In this document: piece after piece, positions 24,644-38,800 of the stretch | How the letters are laid out: the number at the start of each line of letters is the position of its first letter | How positions within the stretch are numbered: the first letter of the stretch is position 1 | Origin: Eledone cirrhosa | Lineage: Eukaryota | Length of the DNA stretch: 64,000 bases | Direction: 5' to 3' | Assembly (NCBI GenBank): GCA_964016885.1 | Contig: CAXHJY010001105.1 | Span: 186,001 to 250,000 of the forward strand | Position numbers and translations under genes: made by a program | The notes under the pieces: model-generated | What the model was told of the DNA's origin: nothing | Database searches by the model: none | The model's input: the letters and a program-made list of their open reading frames with translations, nothing else

Positions 24644-24860
24644 CGTGGGAAAGTGAAAAATCGGAGAATAGACCGTTAAAACATGTTTATTTAAAACAGC
24701 ACCTACGTACGTTTTGCCCAGTTTGGGCTTCTCAAGAGCAATATAAGGAACACTTTTGATTATTTATAACCTTGAGAAGCCCAACTGGGTGAAACGTACG
24801 TAGGTGCTGTTTTAAATAAACATGCTTTAACGGTCTATTCTCCGATTTTTTACTTTCCCA

Positions 24861-24862
<2 letters not shown>
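24644..24862. repeat. ~92-bp inverted repeat (24644-24736 / 24771-24862), likely Penelope pseudo-LTR remnant
   Basis: Arms are reverse complements with few mismatches; each carries a hammerhead-variant core. Confidence 0.8.
24769..24805 (+). ncRNA. Minimal hammerhead variant (U3-A8 core, palindromic stem III)
   Basis: ACC-TTGAGAA-GCCCAACTGGGT-GAA-ACGTACGT-A-GGT. Confidence 0.6.
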
Positions 24863-24863
<1 letters not shown>

Positions 24864-24917
<54 letters not shown>

Positions 24918-24958
24918 ATGTATATATATATATATATATATTTTTATATGTGTGAATG

Positions 24959-24999
<41 letters not shown>

Positions 25000-25008
25000 G
25001 TGTGAATG

Positions 25009-25039
<31 letters not shown>

Positions 25040-25227
25040 TTTTATATGTGTGAATGTATGTATATATATATATATATATATATTTTTATATGTGTGAATG
25101 TATGTATATATATATATATATATATATTTTTATATGTGTATATGTATATATATATATATATTTTTATATGTGTGTATGTATATATATATATATATTTTTA
25201 TATGTGTGTATGTATGTATATATATAT
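24864..25227. repeat. (TA)n-based compound micro/minisatellite
   Basis: Repeats of tttttatatgtgtgaatgtatg(ta)n. Confidence 0.9.
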
Positions 25228-28200
25228 ATCATCATCATCATCATCATCGTTTAACATCCGTGTTCCACGCTAGCATGGGTTTGGATGGGGGTTTTCCCAC
25301 TTGAGGCAAGAGTGGTTGTCTTGCTCGCATAGGACTATCTGGCGGGTTTTCTACAGCTGGATGCCCTTCCTAACACCAACCACATTTACAGTGTGGGGCT
25401 GGGAGGTTTTTACCGTGTTGTCTACACGGCCACATTACAGCGTGGACTATGTGTTTTTTTGTCGTGACACCTACACGACCTCATTTGTTTCGGGCTGGAT
25501 GTTGTGGCACCAACATAACTTTACATTGAAAGGGGCGGTGTGGATGGGGTGGGGGTGGTGGGACGGGGGTGTATTTTGTTAGAGATGCCTACTGACTGTA
25601 GTAGGTTTTACTTTGTATTTAGGTACTTTGTATTTAGGGTCTTCTCTATTACTGAGTACCGCCAAAGGTCTCGGTCCAGTGACATTGTCTTGGAGAGGTG
25701 TAAGTGTGTGAGGTCGGAATTTATCAGCTCGTCCCAGGTTTTTCTGGGTCTGCCTATTCCGTGGCTACCGTCTATCTTTATTGCCCTGCACTTTGTTATA
25801 CAGCTATCGTCCTTCATGCGCATCACGTGACCATACCAACGTAGCCTTCTCTTGAGTAAACAACACCTGATCCCTCTTATTTCTAATTTTTTCCTTAGTT
25901 CGTTTATGCTTTGCCGTTCACGTATATTACTATTACACATCCAGCGGAGCATGCAAGCTTCGTTTCTCTCTAGTCTGCGTATATCCTCTGCACACAATGC
26001 CCAGGTCTCACTGCCATGCAACATTGCTGTTCGTATGCAGGCATCGTACAACCTGCCTTTCATTTTTAGGGAGAACCCTTTAGCGGCTAATAGCGGTATA
26101 AGCTCTCTGAACTTTTTCCATCCAGTTCTGACTCTAGCTACTGTACTTTCAGAGCACCCTCTCCCACTGCTGATTTTGTCACCCAGGTAACGGAAGCTGT
26201 CCACTATTTCTATAGAACCCTCTGCGCAGTTGAAAGAGCTAGTATTTTGTGGGCACTTGCTGCTACTTATTGCCCCAGAGCACCAGCCACATGTAAAATC
26301 TGTGTTCTTAGTTAGCTTACCTGTGATCCCACTACATCTTTTATGCACCCATACTTTGCATTTGGGACACAAAATGGAGTTTCTACCTACGCCTTTCCTA
26401 CACACTGAGCATGGCCACTTCCCGGAGGGGACCGCCGCCTTATTTTCTTTCTTACAAACTAGAACTTTAGTTTTAGCCAGGTTAATTTTAAGGCCTTTTG
26501 ATTCTAGGCCGTGCTTCCATGTTTGGAATTTCTTCTCTAGCTCGGCCATTGATTCAGCTATGAGCGTTAGATCATCTGCGTATAGGAGTTCCCATGGGCA
26601 GCCGGTCTTGAACTCCACTGTTATAGCCTGAAGGGCAATAATAAATAGTAGGGGGCTAAGAACAGAGCCCTGATGAACACCAACTTTTACGCTAAACTCT
26701 TCACTATATTCGTTGTTAATTCTAACCTTGCTGACTGTTTCTTTATACATGGCTTGTATAGCTCTCACAAGCCATTCATCAACACCTAGTTTTCTAAGAG
26801 CCCACCAGATAATGGAACGGGGGACTCTGTCGAAGGCTTTCTTCAAGTCGACGAAAGCTAAGTATAGGGGTTTACTTTTAGCTAGGTACTTCTCCTGTAG
26901 TTGTCGTACAATGAAAAGAGCATCTGTGGTACTTTTGCCTGACACAAACCCGAACTGCATTTCATCTAGATCAATTCTCTCTCTGATTAGTTGCTCTATT
27001 ACTTTTTCCGTGACCTTCATGACCTGGTCGATTAATTTAATGCCTCTATAGTTACTCCTATCTAGGGCATCTCCTTTACCCTTATAACAGTTAACGATGA
27101 TGCTGCTACGCCAGTCCTTCGGAACAATCCCATTCTGTATGACTTGGTTGACTATCCGGGTGACCATGGTGTGTCCCACCGTACCAGATGCCTTCAGCAT
27201 CTCGGCAACTATTTCCGAAGGCCCAGCCGCCTTACCCGTCTTCATATCTTTGATTGCCTAACTTATTATACTACCCTCGACTAACACTGCTGGTCCCCCT
27301 ATTGGGTCAATGTGGGGGAGACTGTCTTTCTCCCATTTATTCTCCTCATTTAGTAGCCTTTCATAGTGACACTTCCAAGCTACCTTCTTATCAGCGTCGG
27401 TGATGGCAAGTACGCCGTCATCATTAAGTACACACTTCTCCCCGACAATATCACGGTTTTCCTTGACACATTGCCTAGCAATCCTGAACACCTCACGTTT
27501 TTGGTCCTCGCGTTGTAGAACATGCTTGAACTTTCTTTCCTCTGCTTCCCTTCTTGCGAAGTACACTTGTCTCCTAGCTTCCCTCCTGGCCACTTGATAG
27601 TCTTCTCTACTTCCCCCATCCCGCCATACTTTCCAAGCCTGCTTTTTGGCCTTAATTGACCCCTCCACCTTACTGTTCTACCACCATGTTACTCTCCTCC
27701 TGCCTACAGGCCTGCTCCAGCCACAGACTTAGTCTGCCGCCATCAGCAGGTTTGCTTTCAGGAATTCCCACTGTTCCTCTACCTTGTACGACTCTAATTG
27801 TTCTTCCTTACTGTCGAAAGCATCAAGTAGTATACTTTTGAATTTATTTCTGGCTGTGGGGTCCTTTAGCTTCCATATTGTTCTCCTGAGGATAGTCCTC
27901 TTCTGTTGTCTAGTACGTCTCGTCCTGACTATTAGGTCGCTAATTATCAGTCTATGTTGGGAGGTGCATTCTTCATGGGGGAGGGATTTAGTGTTTACAA
28001 CAGACACTCTGTCACGTCTTCTGGTAAGGATATAATCTACCTGGCTTGTGTGTTCCCCCGATCTATAGGTGATCAGGTGATTGTCACGTTTTTTGAAGTT
28101 AGTGTTACAGATAGTTAGGTTATTTGCGTCACAGAATTCCAGGATTCTGGAGCCTTCCTCGTTTCTAGTACCAAACCCATAGCCTCCATGGACTTCGTCG

Positions 28201-28270
28201 TAGCCGTCACAATGTTGTCCAACGTGACCATTTAGGTTGCCTGCAATAATTATATAGTCACTGTCGGTTA
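25228..28270 (-). mobile_element. RTE-clade LINE, 5'-truncated inside the endonuclease and disrupted by stops/frameshift
   Basis: APE motifs [14 protein letters not shown] and SQHRL; RT motifs KAFDRV, HQGSVLSP and YADD; PHD finger; GRPRKTW C-terminus; (ATG)n tail; frame broken at 27729, ~27668 and 27258. Confidence 0.95.
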
Positions 28271-29641
<1,371 letters not shown>

Positions 29642-29661
29642 TGTATATATATATATATATA

Positions 29662-29725
<64 letters not shown>

Positions 29726-30064
29726 TGAATGTAAAAGGTAAACAGAAATAACAACACAATCAGTACAGTATATGGAAGGAATATATTAGGTTAATGCTTG
29801 ATATAGCAGATATATATATAGATATGTAAGTATGCATGTATACGTACATACATATATGTATACAGACGTACAGTAGCATGCACATATATATATATATATA
29901 CATATATATATACATATGCATACAGGTACACATACATATATGCACGTATCAGTTTAGCAGCGCTAACGTCGCTTTGTTCGTTTGTAAACAAACTGAACAG
30001 CCTGAATTTATGCCATACGGTGTTAAGGCAACCACGTCACCTTTTTGTTCAACACTGACACAGG

Positions 30065-30109
30065 AACGATGTACTAGTTTCAAGCTTGTTAGCTATCATC
30101 AGCACCGTT
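30065..30109 (-). ncRNA. Minimal type I hammerhead ribozyme, copy 1
   Basis: Minus strand AACGGTG-CTGATGA-T-AGCT-AACA-AGCT-T-GAA-ACTAGT-A-CATCGTT; 7-bp stem I, 4-bp stem II, palindromic stem III. Confidence 0.85.
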
Positions 30110-30182
30110 TACCCATCTGCCAGATAGTTGAACGTTCGAAAGTATATACTTTCCTTATGAAAATTAACGGCTGAGCAGCCTA

Positions 30183-30190
30183 ATTTGCAT
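30183..30190 (-). promoter_or_regulatory. Octamer motif ATGCAAAT (in each complete 466-bp unit)
   Basis: ctaatttgcatatt on +; about 75 nt upstream of the hammerhead on the minus strand; function unproven. Confidence 0.35.
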
Positions 30191-30530
30191 ATTGAGTGAG
30201 TTAAATCGGTCAGGCATACCGAAAACGATAAATTGAAACAAAATGAAAACGAAATTTCATTTCTCACTCTTAGTATGGCACTTACTTAAATGTAAGTATG
30301 CATGTATACGTACATACATATATGTATACAGACGTACAGTAGCATGCACATATATATATATATATACATATATATATACATATGCATACAGGTACACATA
30401 CATATATGCACGTATCAGTTTAGCAGCGCTAACGTCGCTTTGTTCGTTTGTAAACAAACTGAACAGCCTGAATTTATGCCATACGGTGTTAAGGCAACCA
30501 CGTCACCTTTTTGTTCAACACTGACACAGG

Positions 30531-30575
30531 AACGATGTACTAGTTTCAAGCTTGTTAGCTATCATCAGCACCGTT
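30531..30575 (-). ncRNA. Minimal hammerhead ribozyme, copy 2
   Basis: Identical to 30065-30109. Confidence 0.85.
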
Positions 30576-30984
30576 TACCCATCTGCCAGATAGTTGAACG
30601 TTCGAAAGTATATACTTTCCTTATGAAAATTAACGGCTGAGCAGCCTAATTTGCATTTTGAGTGAGTTAAATCGGTCAGGCATACCGAAAACGATAAATT
30701 GAAACAAAATGAAAACGAAATTTCATTTCTCACTCTTAGTATGGCACTTACTTAAATGTAAGTATGCATGTATACGTACATACATATATGTATACAGACG
30801 TACAGTAGCATGCACATATATATATATATATACATATGCATACAGGTACACATACATATATGCACGTATCAGTTTAGCAGCGCTAACGTCGCTTTGTTCG
30901 TTTGTAAACAAACTGAACAGCCTGAATTTATGCCATACGGTGTTAAGGCAACCACGTCACCTTTTTGTTCAACACTGACACAGG

Positions 30985-31029
30985 AACGATGTACTAGTTT
31001 CAAGCTTGTTAGCTATCATCAGCACCGTT
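30985..31029 (-). ncRNA. Minimal hammerhead ribozyme, copy 3
   Basis: Identical to 30065-30109. Confidence 0.85.
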
Positions 31030-31454
31030 TACCCATCTGCCAGATAGTTGAACGTTCGAAAGTATATACTTTCCTTATGAAAATTAACGGCTGAGCAGCC
31101 TAATTTGCATATTGAGTGAGTTAAATCGGTCAGGCATACCGAAAACGATAAATTGAAACAAAATGAAAACGAAATTTCATTTCTCACTCTTAGTATGGCA
31201 CTTACTTAAATGTAAGTATGCATGTATACGTACATACATATATGTATACAGACGTACAGTAGCATGCACATATATATATATATATATATACATATATATA
31301 TACATATGCATACAGGTACACATACATATATGCACGTATCAGTTTAGCAGCGCTAACGTCGCTTTGTTCGTTTGTAAACAAACTGAACAGCCTGAATTTA
31401 TGCCATACGGTGTTAAGGCAACCACGTCACCTTTTTGTTCAACACTGACACAGG

Positions 31455-31499
31455 AACGATGTACTAGTTTCAAGCTTGTTAGCTATCATCAGCACCGTT
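31455..31499 (-). ncRNA. Minimal hammerhead ribozyme, copy 4
   Basis: Identical to 30065-30109. Confidence 0.85.
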
Positions 31500-31920
31500 T
31501 ACCCATCTGCCAGATAGTTGAACGTTCGAAAGTATATACTTTCCTTATGAAAATTAACGGCTGAGCAGCCTAATTTGCATATTGAGTGAGTTAAATCGGT
31601 CAGGCATACCGAAAACGATAAATTGAAACAAAATGAAAACGAAATTTCATTTCTCACTCTTAGTATGGCACTTACTTAAATGTAAGTATGCATGTATACG
31701 TACATACATATATGTATACAGACGTACAGTAGCATGCACATATATATATATATATACATATATATATACATATGCATACAGGTACACATACATATATGCA
31801 CGTATCAGTTTAGCAGCGCTAACGTCGCTTTGTTCGTTTGTAAACAAACTGAACAGCCTGAATTTATGCCATACGGTGTTAAGGCAACCACGTCACCTTT
31901 TTGTTCAACACTGACACAGG

Positions 31921-31965
31921 AACGATGTACTAGTTTCAAGCTTGTTAGCTATCATCAGCACCGTT
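31921..31965 (-). ncRNA. Minimal hammerhead ribozyme, copy 5
   Basis: Identical to 30065-30109. Confidence 0.85.
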
Positions 31966-32386
31966 TACCCATCTGCCAGATAGTTGAACGTTCGAAAGTA
32001 TATACTTTCCTTATGAAAATTAACGGCTGAGCAGCCTAATTTGCATATTGAGTGAGTTAAATCGGTCAGGCATACCGAAAACGATAAATTGAAACAAAAT
32101 GAAAACGAAATTTCATTTCTCACTCTTAGTATGGCACTTACTTAAATGTAAGTATGCATGTATACGTACATACATATATGTATACAGACGTACAGTAGCA
32201 TGCACATATATATATATATATACATATATATATACATATGCATACAGGTACACATACATATATGCACGTATCAGTTTAGCAGAGCTAACGTCGCTTTGTT
32301 CGTTTGTAAACAAACTGAACAGCCTGAATTTATGCCATACGGTGTTAAGGCAACCACGTCACCTTTTTGTTCAACACTGACACAGG

Positions 32387-32431
32387 AACGATGTACTAGT
32401 TTCAAGCTTGTTAGCTATCATCAGCACCGTT
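32387..32431 (-). ncRNA. Minimal hammerhead ribozyme, copy 6
   Basis: Identical to 30065-30109. Confidence 0.85.
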
Positions 32432-32835
32432 TACCCATCTGCCAGATAGTTGAACGTTCGAAAGTATATACTTTCCTTATGAAAATTAACGGCTGAGCAT
32501 ATATAGATAGATAAACATATATATATATATATATGTGTGTGTATATATATATATGTATGTGTGTATATATATATATATATATGTGTGTGTGTTTATCTCA
32601 CATAATGACATGGTGACACTTTAAACAGTCAGAAAGCTGGGAAGGGGGTGATGGTGTAGTACAGGAAAATGTCATGGTCACATGCTTATTCAAACTTTCC
32701 CCACCACACCTCATACACACACACACACATACACATACACACACACACATACATACACACACACACATACACACACCCACCCGCACTTATTTTCTCAGAA
32801 ATAAACCACTCACAGCTCATATGTGTAATGTGATG

Positions 32836-35800
32836 ATATTTATTTAAAAACCTACTCCCCTCATAATTTTATGTAAGAACCTTTGTTAAGTTATGTTCCA
32901 AACACCAACAGTGTCTTTCATTAGAAATATAGAAATGAAAGGCTTAAAGTGTTTATATTTATCTAAAAACCTTCCATCATAGTTTTATGTAAGAACCTTT
33001 GTTAAGTTATGTTCCAAACACCAACAGTGTCTTTCATTAGAAATATGGAAATGAAAGGGTTAAAGTGTTTATATTTATCTAAAACCTTCCATCATAGTTT
33101 TATGTAAGAACCTTTGTTAAGTTAGGTTCCAAACACCAACAATGTCTTTCATTAGAAATATGGAAATGAAAGGGTTAAAGTGTTTATATTTATCTAAAAA
33201 CCTTCCATCATAGTTTTATGTAAGAACCTTTGTTAAGTTATGTTCCAAACACCAACAGTGTCTTTCATTAGAAATATGGAAATGAAAGGGTTAAAGTGTT
33301 TATATTTATCTAAAAACCTTCCATCATAGTTTTATGTAAGAACCTTTGTTAAGTTATGTTCCAAACACCAACAGTGTCTTTCATTAGAAATATGGAAACG
33401 AAAGGGTTAAAGTGTTTATATTTATCTAAAAACCTTCCATCATAGTTTTATGTAAGAACCTTTGTTAAGTTATGTTCCAAACACCAACAGTGTCTTTCAT
33501 TAGAAATATGGAAATGAAAGGGTTAAAGTGTTTATATTTATCTAAAAACCTTCCATCATAGTTTTATGTAAGAACCTTTGTTAAGTTAGGTTCCAAACAC
33601 CAACAGTGTCTTTCATTAGAAATATGGTAATGAAAGGGTTAAAGTGTTTATATTTATCTAAAAACCTTCCATCATAGTTTTATGTAAGAACCTTTGTTAA
33701 GTTATGTTCCAAACACCAACAGTGTCTTTCATTAGAAATATGGAAATGAAAGGGTTAAAGTGTTTATATTTATCTAAAAACTTTCCATCATAGTTTTATG
33801 TAAGAACCTTTGTTAAGTTATGTTCCAAACACCAACAGTGTCTTTCATTAGAAATATGGTAATGAAAGGGTTAAAGTGTTTATATTTATCTAAAAACCTT
33901 CCATCATAATTTTATGTAAGAACCTTTGTTAAGTTATGTTCCAAACACCAACAGTGTCTTTCATTAGAAATATGGTAATGAAAGGGTTAAAGTGTTTATA
34001 TTTATCTAAAAACCTTCCATCATAGTTTTATGTAAGAACCTTTGTTAAGTTATGTTCCAAACACCAACAGTGTCTTTCATTAGAAATATGGTAATGAAAG
34101 GGTTAAAGTGTTTATATTTATCTAAAACCTTCCATCATACTTTTATGTAAGAACCTTTGTTAAGTTATGTTCCAAACACCAACAGTGTCTTTCATTAGAA
34201 ATATGGTAATGAAAGGGTTAAAGTGTTTATATTTATCTAAAAACCTTCCATCATAATTTTATGTAAGAACCTTTGTTAAGTTATGTTCCAAACACCAACA
34301 GTGTCTTTCATTAGAAATATGGTAATGAAAGGGTTAAAGTGTTTATATTTATCTAAAAACCTTCCATCATAGTTTTATGTAAGAACCTTTGTTAAGTTAT
34401 GTTCCAAACACCAACAGTGTCTTTCATTAGAAATATGGTAATGAAAGGGTTAAAGTGTTTATATTTATCTAAAACCTTCCATCATACTTTTATGTAAGAA
34501 CCTTTGTTAAGTTATGTTCCAAACACCAACAGTGTCTTTCATTAGAAATATGGTAATGAAAGGGTTAAAGTGTTTATATTTATCTAAAAACCTTCTATCA
34601 TAATTTTATGTAAGAACCTTTGTTAAGTTATGTTCCAAACACCAACAGTGTCTTTCATTAGAAATATGGTAATGGAAGGGTTAAAGTGTTTATATTTATC
34701 TAAAAACCTTCCATCATAATTTTATGTAAGAACCTTTGTTAAGTTATGTTCCAAACACCAACAGTGTCTTTCATTAGAAATATGGTAATGAAAGGGTTAA
34801 AGTGTTTATATTTATCTAAAAACCTTCCATCATAATTTTATGTAAGAACCTTTCTTAAGTTATGTTCCAAACACCAACAGTGTCTTTCATTAGAAATATG
34901 GTAATGAAAGGGTTAAAGTGTTTATATTTATCTAAAAACCTTCCATCATAATTTTATGTAAGAACCTTTCTTAAGTTATGTTCCAAACACCAACAGTGTC
35001 TTCCATTAGAAATATGGTAATGAAAGGGTTAAAGTGTTTATATTTATCTAAAAACCTTCCATCATAATTTTATGTAAGAACCTTTGTTAAGTTATGTTCC
35101 AAACACCAACAGTGTCTTTCATTAGAAATATGGTAATGAAAGGGTTAAAGTGTTTATATTTATCTAAAAACCTTCCATCATAATTTTATGTAAGAACCTT
35201 TCTTAAGTTATGTTCCAAACACCAACAGTGTCTTTCATTAGAATTATGGAAATGAAAGGGTTAAAGTGTTTATATTTATCTAAAAACCTTCCATCATAAT
35301 TTTATGTAAGAACCTTTGTTAAGTTATGTTCCAAACACCAACAGTGTCTTTCATTAGAAATATGGAAATGAAAGGCTTAAAGTGTTTATATTTATCTAAA
35401 AACCTTCCATCATAGTTTTATGTAAGAACCTTTGTTAAGTTATGTTCCAAACACCAACAGTGTCTTTCATTAGAAATATGGAAATGAAAGGGTTAAAGTG
35501 TTTATATTTATCTAAAAACCTTCCATCATAGTTTTATGTAAGAACCTTTATTAAGTTAGGTTCCAAACACCAACAATGTCTTTCATTAGAAATATGGAAA
35601 TGAAAGGGTTAAAGTGTTTATATTTATCTAAAAACCTTCCATCATAGTTTTATGTAAGAACCTTTGTTAAGTTATGTTCCAAACACCAACAGTGTCTTTC
35701 ATTAGAAATATGGAAATGAAAGGGTTAAAGTGTTTATATTTATCTAAAAACCTTCCATCATAGTTTTATGTAAGAACCTTTGTTAAGTTATGTTCCAAAC

Positions 35801-38800
35801 ACCAACAGTGTCTTTCATTAGAAATATGGAAATGAAAGGGTTAAAGTGTTTATATTTATCTAAAAACCTTCCATCATAGTTTTATGTAAGAACCTTTGTT
35901 AAGTTATGTTCCAAACACCAACAGTGTCTTTCATTAGAAATATGGAAATGAAAGGGTTAAAGTGTTTATATTTATCTAAAAACCTTCCATCATAGTTTTA
36001 TGTAAGAACCTTTGTTAAGTTATGTTCCAAACACCAACAGTGTCTTCCATTAGAAATATGGAAATGAAAGGGTTAAAGTGTTTATATTTATCTAAAAACC
36101 TTCCATCATAGTTTTATGTAAGAACTTTTGTTAAGTTATGTTCCAAACACCAACAGTGTCTTTCATTAGAAATATGGAAATGAAAGGGTTAAAGTGTTTA
36201 TATTTATCTAAAAACTTTCCATCATAGTTTTATGTAAGAACCTTTGTTAAGTTATGTTCCAAACACCAACAGTGTCTTTCATTAGAAATATGGAAATGAA
36301 AGGGTTAAAGTGTTTATATTTATCTAAAAACCTTCCATCATAGTTTTATGTAAGAACCTTTGTTAAGTTATATTCCAAACACCAACAGTGTCTTTCATTA
36401 GAAATATGGAAATGAAAGGGTTAAAGTGTTTATATTTATCTAAAAACCTTCCATCATAGTTTTATGTAAGAACCTTTGTTAAGTTATGTTCCAAACACCA
36501 ACAGTGTCTTTCATTAGAAATATGGTAATGAAAGGGTTAAAGTGTTTATATTTATCTAAAAACCTTCCATCATAGTTTTATGTAAGAACCTTTGTTAAGT
36601 TATGTTCCAAACACCAACAGTGTCTTTCATTAGAAATATGGAAATGAAAGGGTTAAAGTGTTTATATTTATCTAAAAACCTTCCATCATAGTTTTATGTA
36701 AGAACCTTTGTTAAGTTATGTTCCAAACACCAACAGTGTCTTTCATTAGAAATATGGTAATGAAAGGGTTAAAGTGTTTATATTTATCTAAAAACCTTCC
36801 ATCATAATTTTATGTAAGAACCTTTCTTAAGTTATGTTCCAAACACCAACAGTGTCTTCAATTAGAATTATGGAAATGAAATGGTTAAAGTGTTTATATT
36901 TATCTAAAAACCTTCCATCATAATTTTATGTAAGAACCTTTCTTAAGTTATGTTCCAAACACCAACAGTGTCTTTCATTAGAAATATGGTAATGAAAGGG
37001 TTAAAGTGTTTATATTTATCTAAAAACCTTCCATCATAATTTTATGTAAGAACCTTTCTTAAGTTATGTTCCAAACACCAACAGTGTCTTCCATTAGAAA
37101 TATGGTAATGAAAGGGTTAAAGTGTTTATATTTATCTAAAAACCTTCCATCATAATTTTATGTAAGAACCTTTCTTAAGTTATGTTCCAAACACCAACAG
37201 TGTCTTTCATTAGAATTATGGAAATGAAAGGGTTAAAGTGTTTATATTTATCTAAAAACCTTCCATCATAATTTTATGTAAGAACCTTTCTTAAGTTATG
37301 TTCCAAACACCAACAGTGTCTTTCATTAGAAATATGGTAATGAAAGGGTTAAAGTGTTTATATTTATCTAAAAACCTTCCATCATAATTTTATGTAAGAA
37401 CCTTTCTTAAGTTATGTTCCAAACACCAACAGTGTCTTCCATTAGAAATATGGTAATGAAAGGGTTAAAGTGTTTATATTTATCTAAAAACCTTCCATCA
37501 TAATTTTATGTAAGAACCTTTCTTAAGTTATGTTCCAAACACCAACAGTGTCTTTCATTAGAATTATGGAAATGAAAGGGTTAAAGTGTTTATATTTATC
37601 TAAAAACCTTCCATCATAATTTTATGTAAGAACCTTTGTTAAGTTATGTTCCAAACACCAACAGTGTCTTTCATTAGAAATATGGAAATGAAAGGCTTAA
37701 AGTGTTTATATTTATCTAAAAACCTTCCATCATAGTTTTATGTAAGAACCTTTGTTAAGTTATGTTCCAAACACCAACAGTGTCTTTCATTAGAAATATG
37801 GTAATGAAAGGGTTAAAGTGTTTATATTTATCTAAAAACCTTCCATCATAGTTTTATGTAAGAACCTTTGTTAAGTTAGGTTCCAAACACCAACAATGTC
37901 TTTCATTAGAAATATGGAAATGAAAGGGTTAAAGTGTTTATATTTATCTAAAAACCTTCCATCATAATTTTATGTAAGAACCTTTGTTAAGTTATGTTCC
38001 AAACACCAACAGTGTCTTTCATTAGAAATATGGAAATGAAAGGCTTAAAGTGTTTATATTTATCTAAAAACCTTCCATCATAGTTTTATGTAAGAACCTT
38101 TGTTAAGTTATGTTCCAAACACCAACAGTGTCTTTCATTAGAAATATGGTAATGAAAGGGTTAAAGTGTTTATATTTATCTAAAAACCTTCCATCATAGT
38201 TTTATGTAAGAACCTTTGTTAAGTTAGGTTCCAAACACCAACAATGTCTTTCATTAGAAATATGGAAATGAAAGGGTTAAAGTGTTTATATTTATCTAAA
38301 AACCTTCCATCATAATTTTATGTAAGAACCTTTGTTAAGTTATGTTCCAAACACCAACAGTGTCTTTCATTAGAAATATGGAAATGAAAGGCTTAAAGTG
38401 TTTATATTTATCTAAAAACCTTCCATCATAGTTTTATGTAAGAACCTTTGTTAAGTTATGTTCCAAACACCAACAGTGTCTTTCATTAGAAATATGGTAA
38501 TGAAAGGGTTAAAGTGTTTATATTTATCTAAAAACCTTCCATCATAGTTTTATGTAAGAACCTTTGTTAAGTTAGGTTCCAAACACCAACAATGTCTTTC
38601 ATTAGAAATATGGAAATGAAAGGGTTAAAGTGTTTATATTTATCTAAAAACCTTCCATCATAGTTTTATGTAAGAACCTTTGTTAAGTTATGTTCCAAAC
38701 ACCAACAGTGTCTTTCATTAGAAATATGGAAATGAAAGGGTTAAAGTGTTTATATTTATCTAAAAACCTTCCATCATAGTTTTATGTAAGAACCTTTGTT

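Larger units (their letters stand above)
29824..32499 (-). repeat. ~466-bp tandem repeat, ~5.8 copies, one hammerhead per unit (retrozyme-like array)
   Basis: Units start at 29824, 30290, 30756, 31210, 31680 and 32146; nearly identical except for internal (TA)n length. Confidence 0.95.

Noticed and set aside
29945-30105. C/D box snoRNA reading of CTGATGA...CTGA on the minus strand
   Set aside because: There is no terminal stem, and the CTGATGA is fully explained as a hammerhead core with three paired stems.
29836-32496. Repeated 90-130-aa ORFs in the 466-bp units
   Set aside because: They run through a (TA)n tract whose length changes the frame between copies; no recognizable domain.
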